From NCBI GenBank assembly GCA_048498455.1, contig JBEHXY010000003.1:1-32525 (forward strand): 32,525 nucleotides of DNA. Direction: 5' to 3'. Below the pieces are notes generated by a model. It had not been told where the DNA came from and ran no database searches. It saw only the letters and a list, made by a program, of their open reading frames with translations. The number at the start of each line of letters is the position of its first letter. Position 1 is the first letter of the stretch. A program made the position numbers and the translations under genes. Positions 9,309 through 17,841 of this stretch are shown one piece after another. Origin of the DNA: Planctomycetota bacterium. Its GTDB lineage: Bacteria > Planctomycetota > Phycisphaerae > WQYP01.

Positions 9309-11186
9309 TCACTCCACCATCCGCAACTTGCACGGCGTCGGATCGATGCTCACCTGCAGCGCCCGCCCCAGCGTCGTCAGGCTCACCACCGCCTGGCCCG
9401 GCGCCAGCGCCGGGACCCGCGCCCACAGGCTGTCGTCGATCCCCCCGATCGACCGCCGCAGCCGCGTGATCACGTTGGCGTCCCCGATCTTGTGCAAAAT
9501 CCAATTATTGATCAGCCCCAGCACTTCGTCCGGCAAGTGCTGCGGCAACTGCGTGATGAACGCCATCCCGAACCGCCGCTTCCGCCCGCGCCGCGCAATC
9601 CGCGCCACTTGCTGGAAAAGCACCGGCATCTGCTTGATCCGCTGCGCCGACAGAAACTCATGCGCCTCCTCAATGCAGACCAGCACCGACGGCGGAGCCT
9701 CCCCCTTCTCCACCGCCCGCTCGTAATTTTCCTCCTGTGCCCCCTGCAGTCCCCGCAGCAAATCGGCGATCACTAGGTTGTTGATCTGCGGCGAATCCGT
9801 GTCGCTCAAATCCAAAATCGTCACCCGCCCCGGTCGCAACAGCAGCGGATACTCCAGCGGCTTGGCCTCGCGGTCATTCAGCGAATCCTTCACCTCCGAA
9901 TCAAAAATCCCCAGCCGCACGATTCTCCCCAGTTTTCCCACCACCGCCATCCAGGGAAACTTATTCTGCGGCACGTCCTTGTGCTCGCCCACGATCCCAA
10001 CCACCTCGTCCTCCCGCCCGCGCAACTCCCGGCTCGTCAGCCGCACCTCCCCCTTCTCTTTCTCCTTTCCCACCCCGGCCGTGATCGCCCGCACCACGTC
10101 ATACAGCAGCGGCAGGGTCATCTTCGGATACCCCTCCTCCATCTCGTCGAGCTCCACCTGCCGCACCCGCTCCTCTGGCGACACCGGCCAGATCTTCAGC
10201 CGCTCCATCACCACCTTGGCGATGTCATACGCTTTCAAAAACCGCTGCTCCTGCGCCTCATTAAGTTCCAGAATCTCCGCCACCGCAAAAGGCGAAAGCG
10301 TCTCAAAACGCAGCGAAAACGGCCTCCGATGCGGATGCCCCGGATTCGCCGACTTCCGCCCGATCAGGTGATAAATGACGCTCTCCCGCACCCCCGCCGG
10401 CCGCAAGCCCCGCCGCGCCAGCGCCTCCACCATCCCCTTGTCATTCGTCGGCTCGTTGATGTGCGTGTACTCCCCCTCCGTGTCAATCAGCACCACCGCA
10501 ATCCCCTCCGCCAGCGCCCGCGCGATCAGCCCGGACACCGTCGTCGACTTCCCGCCTCCCGTCGTCCCCAGCACCCCCAGGTGCCGCGGAAACAGCCCCT
10601 TCGCTTTCGCCGGCACCACTACTGGCAAATCCTCGAAGCCGTCCGCCAGCCCCAGCCGCAAATTCCCCTCCAGCTTCAGCACCTCCGCGGTCTGATGGGC
10701 ATCCAGCGCGAACACCGGACTATTGGGCTTCGGCCGCCGCCGCCGTGGCACCACCGCCCCGCCCCCCAGCTTCTCCCCGATCAGCTGGATCTGTACGCGC
10801 CCATGATGTTTGGGCAGCAGCAATCCCCCCTTGGCCAACGACACCACCATCGGCGTCGCATCCGCGCGCAGCCCGTCCGGCTCCGCAAACGGCCCCGCCA
10901 CTACCGCCCCCAGATACACCCGCCCATCCTTGCTGGCGATCCGCACCAGCGCCTGGCTCGTGAGAGAATCAATCATCCCCATCGGCAAAATCGCCGTCAC
11001 CGTCCCATCCTCGCTCGAGGCCGAATCAAACATCGTCCGCCCCACCGCCCCCTCCTCGCCCGCCGGCGGCACAAACGGCCCGCCCGGCACCCGCCCCGCA
11101 TCCGCATCAATCGCCGCCAGCGCTTCTTTCGGTGTCGGCATCGCCGCCCCATCGTCCTCCGCCTCTTCATGCTCCTTGACCACCAT
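9309..11186 (-). CDS. herA: HerA-family (FtsK/HerA, DUF87) ATPase/helicase
   Basis: Walker A GVLGTTGGGKST, IDTEGEY, Walker B VCIEEAHEF, arginine finger ARRGRK, ITQLP; N-terminal HAS-barrel-like region. Start placed at ATG 11186 after GGAGGA. Confidence 0.9.
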   Translation of the reverse strand: MVVKEHEEAEDDGAAMPTPKEALAAIDADAGRVPGGPFVPPAGEEGAVGRTMFDSASSEDGTVTAILPMGMIDSLTSQALVRIASKDGRVYLGAVVAGPFAEPDGLRADATPMVVSLAKGGLLLPKHHGRVQIQLIGEKLGGGAVVPRRRRPKPNSPVFALDAHQTAEVLKLEGNLRLGLADGFEDLPVVVPAKAKGLFPRHLGVLGTTGGGKSTTVSGLIARALAEGIAVVLIDTEGEYTHINEPTNDKGMVEALARRGLRPAGVRESVIYHLIGRKSANPGHPHRRPFSLRFETLSPFAVAEILELNEAQEQRFLKAYDIAKVVMERLKIWPVSPEERVRQVELDEMEEGYPKMTLPLLYDVVRAITAGVGKEKEKGEVRLTSRELRGREDEVVGIVGEHKDVPQNKFPWMAVVGKLGRIVRLGIFDSEVKDSLNDREAKPLEYPLLLRPGRVTILDLSDTDSPQINNLVIADLLRGLQGAQEENYERAVEKGEAPPSVLVCIEEAHEFLSAQRIKQMPVLFQQVARIARRGRKRRFGMAFITQLPQHLPDEVLGLINNWILHKIGDANVITRLRRSIGGIDDSLWARVPALAPGQAVVSLTTLGRALQVSIDPTPCKLRMVE

Positions 11187-11215
11187 GGCATCCTCCACTC
11201 GTTATACGCACAAAC

Positions 11216-12445
11216 TCACCGTGTCCTGCGCTCCGACATGTACCGAAATGGTGCCCCCGCCTCCGAATACGCCACCTGCATCGATGCCGTAAACGCATCC
11301 ATTCCGAATGTCGCCTTGCAAAGGTTGTCCGCCAGATCGATCAGCATCGGAAAACCGCGATGCTCCTGCAGCACGCTATCTGCCAGCGCAATCAGCGCCG
11401 CTTCATGGGCATGGTCCACATGCGCATAGAATGCCTGGCACGGGCTGAATCGCGACGCCCGATACAGCCCCCGCACAATCTTCGGCCCGCACTCGCGGAT
11501 GAACGCATCCAGTTGATCTTTGATCGGCCCCCACCCCTCGCCGCGATAATGCCCCCCGGCAACCTCCCCCAGGAACTGCTCGTGCGTCTCCAGGATCGCA
11601 TATTCCAGCGGCTGAAGGGCATTGCCGATGGTCAGCCACTGCCGCCCCTTGAAACTCGAAGGCACGAACACAAACCGCTCAAGCTCCACCATCCGGCGAA
11701 ACATGCGGATGCTCATTGCCGCAAGCTGCGCCATCCCGGACCCCGTCAACAGCTCATACGGCGTGGGATTCCCATGCCCCATCCGCCACACCGCGTTCGA
11801 ACGGTCCATCAGCACCGCACGCTCCGCATACGCCATGATCCCCCGCCGCGCAAGGTCGCTCAGCCGGTCACGCGCCGCCGCTTCATCAACCGCCGATCGC
11901 CGCCGCCGCCGTTCGAGGAGGGCATACAATGCATTCACCGGATCTCTCCCCTGACCCCGCAGATCCCGCCGAAACAACCGATGCACCCACGACCCCTGAT
12001 CCCCCTGGTACCCCGTCAAACACACCCCGATCTGCGTGATCGTCACCGGCAGCGTGTCATGCGCCGCCACGATCCCGTCACACGCCTCCACCCCTCCGTT
12101 GAACAGCAATTTCTGGTGAACCCCCTCTACCTGTTCGACCTTTGCCCTCCACACCCCCGCGCACGCCAAGCCCTGCCGCTCGCGCAATTGTGGAAAAATT
12201 TTCTCCCGAATCTTTTTCTGCCAATCCCCCTCCTTCCGCACTGCCTCCGCCACCTCCGCCTCCAGCCGCCCATACAACGCCGCCAAGTCCCCCCCCGCAC
12301 GCCACGTGTCCAGGTCCAGCGCCCGCTCCAGCGGCTCGTCAAACTCCCTGCTGAAATCGTCCCCGCCCATCGACGGTCTCGAATCAGGCACGCCGCCGCC
12401 CAGACTGCCCTCCTCACCCTCCTGCATGTCATCCGACTCGCTCAC
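11216..12445 (-). CDS. Divergent NurA-like (RNase H fold) nuclease
   Basis: 409 aa; VEACDGI resembles the NurA AxDGS motif and RGFPMLIDLAD resembles GYPxxLxxAH/D; lies immediately upstream of herA; CAGGAG RBS. Confidence 0.65.
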   Translation of the reverse strand: MSESDDMQEGEEGSLGGGVPDSRPSMGGDDFSREFDEPLERALDLDTWRAGGDLAALYGRLEAEVAEAVRKEGDWQKKIREKIFPQLRERQGLACAGVWRAKVEQVEGVHQKLLFNGGVEACDGIVAAHDTLPVTITQIGVCLTGYQGDQGSWVHRLFRRDLRGQGRDPVNALYALLERRRRRSAVDEAAARDRLSDLARRGIMAYAERAVLMDRSNAVWRMGHGNPTPYELLTGSGMAQLAAMSIRMFRRMVELERFVFVPSSFKGRQWLTIGNALQPLEYAILETHEQFLGEVAGGHYRGEGWGPIKDQLDAFIRECGPKIVRGLYRASRFSPCQAFYAHVDHAHEAALIALADSVLQEHRGFPMLIDLADNLCKATFGMDAFTASMQVAYSEAGAPFRYMSERRTR

Positions 12446-12472
12446 CGTCCAGCTCCTGTGGTGACAAGATGC

Positions 12473-13197
12473 TTACGCGCCCAACCACTCCCGCATCGAT
12501 TGCTCTTTTCGCCCACTTTCCCTCAAAAACGCCCCATACGCCCGCGCCGCTGCCTGCGGCAACCCAAACGCCGCCCGCAACACTTCGCCCGCCTCCGCAC
12601 CCGCATTCCCGATCCGCCGCCGCGCCTCCTCCGCCGGCGCCAAAAGCTCCAGCGCCAACCGATCCGCCGCATCCTCTGCCGCCAGCACCCGCGCGCTCAC
12701 GATGGATTCGTCCGGCCCACGCTCCATCAGGTGCTCCTGTCCCCCCACCTTCACCCCTGCAAACAACGCATTGAGCCGTTCCTCAGCCGTGGCCGGCCGG
12801 AGCCCATCCAGCGCCGGCGCAACCCCCGGCCCCAGCGCCGCAATCACCCGTTCCCGCGGCCACCAGTAGTCCATCAGGAAATGCGCAAGCTCGTGCGCCA
12901 GCGAATACCGCCTCTCGTCCGCCCCGTCCGCCGCATCCAGGAAAATCACTCCCCACCCGTTGCGCGCCACCATGCATGCCCGCAGCTTTCGCCCCGCGAC
13001 ATGCGCATCCCCAAAGCCCGCCACGCGCGCCGCCGCCAGCCACCCCTGCACCGCGCCTCCGTCCAGCCATGACCGCATATGAATCGCCACTGGCAACGAC
13101 GACAGCGTCGCTGTCTCGAGGTCTCGCGGAAACGGTCCTCCTTGCCTGCCAGCTTCCAGAACCGCGCCGCGTGCATTGCCACCTCATACTCCGTCAC
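12473..13197 (-). pseudogene. ImmA/IrrE-family (DUF955) HExxH metallopeptidase, frameshifted near 13137
   Basis: RRYSLAHELAHF and EDAADRLALELLAP motifs. The GTG 13197 frame (MTEYEVAMHAARFWKLAGKE) joins GPFPRDLETATLSSLPVAI if one G is added in AAGGAGGACCG, giving 241 aa. Could be a sequencing error. Confidence 0.8.
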
Positions 13198-13655
13198 GTC
13201 CCACCTCCTTTCTCCCCGGAACTTAAATCCCCGCCTTTCTCACCTGTTTGCCGGTCCCGCGCTGCCATCAACCATCCTCCGCCGGCAATGCCCTCGCCCA
13301 GCGCTACCACCGCCGCAACCTCTTTCACTACCCGCCCAAGCGCCGCCGCATCACACGGACCCGCCGCCGCGATCGCCTCCACGTCCTCCCGAAACGTGCC
13401 GCCTTCTTTGCCGGCCAATCCCTCACTTCGCGGCATAAAACACATCGCCAACGGCACAATTGCCCTAGCCTCGCACCCCAGCGCCCCCGCCAATTGCTCC
13501 TCCGACATTCCATGTATTCCCCGATAAACCCCAAGGGCATGCCCCAGAAACCGCCGATCCCCCGCGAGTTGATCCGCCGCCCGGCGGAACGCTCGCTCCA
13601 TCGCCCGCGCTTCCCCAGCCCGCTCAGTCTGATCGTTTCCTTCATCCGCTTTCAT
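13194..13655 (-). CDS. Hypothetical protein with XRE/Cro-like HTH segment
   Basis: 153 aa; LGVYRGIHGMSEEQLAGALGC looks like an HTH; C-terminal WLMAARDR; overlaps both neighbouring genes. Confidence 0.6.
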   Translation of the reverse strand: MKADEGNDQTERAGEARAMERAFRRAADQLAGDRRFLGHALGVYRGIHGMSEEQLAGALGCEARAIVPLAMCFMPRSEGLAGKEGGTFREDVEAIAAAGPCDAAALGRVVKEVAAVVALGEGIAGGGWLMAARDRQTGEKGGDLSSGEKGGGT

Positions 13656-14279
13656 GCCACTGATCTCCCAGCCGCCGAATCTGTTTGCTGATCCGATCCT
13701 TGCACCGCTTCACTTGATCTCGTTGCTCTTCGATGGGCAAATGCCCGATGTGCATGGTCTCTGCATAAACCTCAGTCCTCCGTTCATCCGCCAGCATCAA
13801 TCGCAGCACCTGCAGGTCTACCTCAGAGTTAAACAGGGCCTCTGCCCGCACAAGAAATTCCTTATTCTCAGCGATCGCCGCCGGATCGTGCCGCCCTTCA
13901 TCCCCCTTATTCCCATCCGCTTGGGAAAGTTCGACAGCCGCCCCCAAAATTCTTCCGTCCCCGCGCTGGGCCTTCGCCAGTGCATTTCGGAAGTCCCCCT
14001 CAGCCGCCATCTTCAAGAATCCCCAAAGCGATTTTCCTCGGTGCGGGTCATACAAGCCGGGTTTCCCAAGAAGCGATAAGACAGCATCGGTGGGCTGTCC
14101 ACAACCAGATCGTCGTCAGCGCGAGCCCCGAATCGCGTCGCCAAATGCCGAAAGAGTGCGGGAAGCGCGATAGTTAGCAGATGGACCCCACCGGCGGGCT
14201 GGCCTTCAACCACTCCCTTGAATGCTTCCATCAGGGCCACTTGGTCAATTGCTCCCGCCTTCTCCACGAGTCGCTCCAT
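13642..14279 (-). pseudogene. Sigma70/ECF-like sigma factor, frameshifted near 14093
   Basis: The ATG 14279 frame (…ADDDLVVDS) joins TDAVLSLLGKPGLYDPHRGKSLWGFLKMAAEGDFRN (region 2-like) if 1 nt is added in GACAGCCCACC. C-terminal DLQVLRLM…YAETM…VKRCKDRISKQIRR is region 4-like. 212 aa when restored. Confidence 0.7.
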
Positions 14280-15598
14280 CAGGGCTTTTGAAAAATAACT
14301 ACCACTTCACGACGCATCCGCCCCGCCACAGGATTGGACCGCGCCAGCTTCCCTGGTGGTGGCAGGCTCCGCCATCCGGCCGGCAAACTTCGAACCGCGT
14401 GTCCTACCATCGTCAGTCCGTGCTGGACTCCCAAAGCCTCCACCACCTCCGCCTCATCCGACCGACTCTTATTGATTACCGTCGGTCCCAACACCATTGC
14501 TGCCAGCCCCCCTGAGCGCAGCACCCTCGACACTTCCGACAGACTGTGCCCCAAATCCGAAAGATACCTCCGAACCAGGGCCTGCCTCCGACCCTCCTCC
14601 AACCGTCGCTTCAGCCGCAGTTCCAATTCCGTCGGCAACCCGTCGCGCGTCCACAAGCCGCGCTCCGACCCGATGAGGCTTCCGCGCAGCTCCCGGAGTC
14701 CTTTCAGCGAATGGCCCATCCAGACAAGCGAGAATCTGTGCCCCCGCAAATAGTCGATCGCATTGAGACACGGGGGAGAGGTCAGCACCAGATCCACCCG
14801 CCCGCTCGCAATGGGCAGGTTCCGCGCGTCGCCTTGCATCACCATGGCCGGAAGACCCGCGGGCGCTGCAAACGAGCGGCGAGCGATGACCGCGGTAAAC
14901 CGCTTCTCCCATAAAGCGAAGGGCGTCGACAACTCCCGGCCCTTGACCTTGTGCGGCCGGGAACGCGCAATATCTAGGGCGTACGAAACGCCCGCGCTCT
15001 TGGCGATGATCAACGACGAAAACGCGACCTCCGAGAGAGTTCGCACGGCATCCGCGGGCTCCTCGCGTATGGCGATTCGCAGCGCGTCGAGCTCATCTCT
15101 CGCCCCCCTTGGAAACCAATACGACAGAAACGTTCGAAGTTCAGCCGGGTGCCTGCCTTTACCAGATTTTAGTCGCGGAACCTCCTCCTTCATCACCTGC
15201 TTGGCCCGGGTCAAGATCCGCTTACCGGCCAGAAGGATATCGTCGGGCCAGTGATCGTTCACACTTACGCGGCTGACGAGCAATGCCAAGGGATCTCGAT
15301 CGATTCCCACGCCAACCCGGCCCAGAAATTTTGCCGCCACCACCGTTGTCCCCGACCCACACATCGGATCCAGCACGACATCACCCGGCCGGCTCAAGGC
15401 CTCGATGATCGCACGGGCCAGCGATTGGGGCATACGTGCGGGAAAAGGATGAACCCTCGCCCCATCCCGGTCCTGCCCCACCGCTCCCGCATCGATCGCA
15501 CGCAAGAGCGTTTGTGCGGCGGAGCGAAACTCGGCTGCATCAAACGACATACCCGGCACGGATCGCTCCCAGCGCGCAAAGCTGATCGGCTTGCTCAT
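14279..15598 (-). CDS. DNA amino-methyltransferase (N4C/N6A type, motif I before motif IV) with SPPC catalytic variant
   Basis: HPFPARM, SAM-binding VLDPMCGSGTT, GDAR, VDLVLTSPPCLNAIDY, RVLRSGG; TGATG overlap with the sigma gene. Confidence 0.85.
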   Translation of the reverse strand: MSKPISFARWERSVPGMSFDAAEFRSAAQTLLRAIDAGAVGQDRDGARVHPFPARMPQSLARAIIEALSRPGDVVLDPMCGSGTTVVAAKFLGRVGVGIDRDPLALLVSRVSVNDHWPDDILLAGKRILTRAKQVMKEEVPRLKSGKGRHPAELRTFLSYWFPRGARDELDALRIAIREEPADAVRTLSEVAFSSLIIAKSAGVSYALDIARSRPHKVKGRELSTPFALWEKRFTAVIARRSFAAPAGLPAMVMQGDARNLPIASGRVDLVLTSPPCLNAIDYLRGHRFSLVWMGHSLKGLRELRGSLIGSERGLWTRDGLPTELELRLKRRLEEGRRQALVRRYLSDLGHSLSEVSRVLRSGGLAAMVLGPTVINKSRSDEAEVVEALGVQHGLTMVGHAVRSLPAGWRSLPPPGKLARSNPVAGRMRREVVVIFQKP

Positions 15599-16309
15599 TT
15601 GGAATTAGCTGCCCCCACTGACGTAACGCGCTCGCCAGCGAAGGTAATTCCTATGGCCGGGGGGAATATATGCGAAATGTTTGAAAAATTCGGCGATTTT
15701 TCGTGACTTCCATAGCGGCGATGCGGGTAGTAGACTTTGATCACTTATACTAATCGTTGGTTTCTGCACTATTTGCCAGCGATGACTTTGTCGACTTCAC
15801 CATTGTCACCACGCCAGACGCGGTGAGCGTGGCCTTGTTGGCGGCCGGCACGTCGCTTCTCATGGGCCGGATAAAGTCAAAGACCTTGAGCGCTTAGCGG
15901 GTGGGTGCTGAATATCTAAATCGCGAGCGCGGACGAATTATAGAATGAAATTGTTGCACATTGGCGGCTGTCGTATCGGAGCAGGGCGCGTCTGTGGTGA
16001 GAGTCTGACAATAGTTGCTCACCACCAACGTGAACTGCAGCAATGGGCGTCCCTCCAATTGGTCGCGCGTCAAGGATGTCCAGTCCCACGCACCCTCACG
16101 GCCCGCCATCCTGCCCGCGCTTCTCGTTTCTCCTCACCGCTTGCGAATCTTCCCTGATGAGCTTGCGAAAGCCTAGGCACATTTGCATACTGCTGCTCCT
16201 GTTGATTCTACAGAATCATCTATTTACATCCAAACGAATAAGGCCGACAACATACTCCATCGCTCCCCATGGCCGGCCCCGTCTACATCGGCCTCGTCGC
16301 CACCTCCGG

Positions 16310-16968
16310 CTTCCGCGCGAAATGGGCTGCGGCAGCGGCATGACCTGCTGGCGTCGCCTGCGCGATTGGAACAAGCGCGGCGTATGGAAGCGTCTGCACG
16401 AGGTGCTGCTGAACAAACTCCAGGCGGCCAACAAAATCGAATGGTCGCGGGCGGTGATCGATTCCACCTCCATACGCGCGATGCAGCGGGGAAAAAAACG
16501 GGACCGAGCCCCGTGGACCGCCGTAAATACGGCTCCAAACACCATCTCTTGGTCGATGGCAAGGGACGCGTGCCCCTGGCGTTCTCGGTCACGCCGGCCA
16601 ATCGCCACGACGTGACCCAACTTCTTCCGCTGGTGGAGGGAGTGCCGATGGTCAAGGGGAAGATCGGCCAGCCGCGGCATCGGCCGGGAATTCTCCTGGG
16701 CGATCGGAGATACGATTCTGATCCGCACCGGCAGGCCCTTCGGGAAAGAGGCATTCGTCCTCCGATCGCCCGGCGGCGCACCGCCAACGGCAGCGGCCTG
16801 GGCATTTATCGCTGGGTGGTCGAGCGGGCTGAGAGTTGGGTGCACAAGTACCGTCGCCTCAAGCTGCGGTATGAACGTCGTGACGACATCCACGAGGCCT
16901 TCGTCGCTCTGGCTTGTGCGCTTATCTGTCATAATTGCCTGCTGGATCCATTTTGTTAGGAACTCTAA
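16310..16968 (+). mobile_element. IS5-family (IS427-group-like) element, 5'-truncated
   Basis: LPREMGCGSGMTCWRRLRDW…VIDSTSIRA, shifting frame at GGGGAAAAAAA (16488-16498) into TGPSPVDRRKYGSKHHLLVD…GDRRYD…RWVVER…RYER; stop at 16959. Transposase N-terminus and left end not found. Confidence 0.9.
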
Positions 16969-17199
16969 TAGTGTCTCCGTACTTTCTTTGTTGCGCCACC
17001 GGTTAGTGTCATCAGAGGCATATGCCTATTGGCAACCCGACGGGATGAACAAAGCGGTCGCAGTTTGGTCCGAGTGGGCTCCTGGCAGAGGAGTTTGAGA
17101 ATGGCGGACCGGGATATAGTATGAGCGAAGACAGTAGTCGTTATGGCGGGTTGGTACACGGGAATTTGACCTTCGTCGCTTTTCAAAGTCACGGTTAGT

Positions 17200-17470
17200 G
17201 TTGCCCTGCGTCTTGCCGTGGGCGAACGCATTCAAGAGTTCTCTGCCCCACCGGTTCCCCCAGTCGTAGCGCGTGGCGTGTGAGCGGTGCGGGGATGTGG
17301 GAGGTGGTACCCGCCCTCCGGGTGTGTGAACACCGTGAGCCGTGAGGCCGGGGGCGGGTGTCGGGGGTTGAACCATCAGGCTTAACAACCAGCAGCGCGC
17401 TTAACCAAGCCGTGAGGCTGAAAGCGTTCCCTTCTCCGCCAGGGGAAGGGCGCCGGGAGGGGGTACAACA
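17200..17470 (+). ncRNA. Structured non-coding segment (candidate IS110-type non-coding end/bridge RNA, or group II intron fragment)
   Basis: Hairpins GGTGT-GTGA-ACACC (17321-34), GCC-GTGA-GGC (17339-48), AGCC-GTGA-GGCT (17408-19), CCCTTCTCC-GCCA-GGGGAAGGG (17429-50) and TGCGT…ACGCA (17207-30). Ends in GGAGG (17456-60) followed by a junction with an IS5 fragment. Confidence 0.45.
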
Positions 17471-17770
17471 GCCAAGCTGGCGGGGGACAAGGGTTACAGC
17501 TACCGCACGGTTCGTCGCTGGCTCCATCGCTACGGCATCCAGGCGGTGATTCCGCTCAAGGAAAACCAGAAGGGCAAGCCGGGCAGACCCGCGGACTTCG
17601 ACCGGGAAGCCTACCGCCAACGCAACGTGGTCGAACGCTGCGTCGGCTGGTTCAAGGAGTGTCGGGCGCTATGCACCCGCTTCGACAAGCTCGCCGTCAA
17701 CTTCCTGGCCATGTTCAAGCTGGCCATGATCCGGAAATACTTGAAAATGCAGTCGTCAGACAGGCCCTAG
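17471..17770 (+). mobile_element. IS5-family transposase 3' fragment
   Basis: AKLAGDKGYSYRTVRRWL…FDREAYRQRNVVERCVGWFKECRALCTRFDKLA; ends …TCAGACAGGCCCTAG. Confidence 0.9.
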
Positions 17771-17841
17771 GCACCCGAGTGGCAACCGCCGTTCGCTTGA
17801 CGGACGTGCCTCCCGGTCTCCCTTCGCTACCTTGGGATATT

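Noticed and set aside
9297-12471. ACAAGATG in both intergenic gaps (9297-9304 and 12464-12471)
   Set aside because: An 8-bp match with two instances; noted but too weak to call a regulatory motif.
561-13691. Many long + strand ORFs (e.g. 7479-9776, 9981-11429, 11360-13072)
   Set aside because: Pro/Arg/His-rich antisense shadows of GC-rich minus-strand genes that have clear motifs.
15894-16309. Small ORFs between the methyltransferase and the IS5 fragment, including a 30-codon ORF with AGGAG
   Set aside because: No recognisable motifs and too short to support.
16183-16959. 258-aa ORF as a complete transposase
   Set aside because: Only the part after the 16488-16498 slippery site is transposase-like; its N-terminus is out-of-frame read-through.
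17337-17370. GAGCCG as the start of group II intron domain V
   Set aside because: The following sequence does not form the ~34-nt domain V hairpin ending in CGGTTC, and no reverse transcriptase is nearby.
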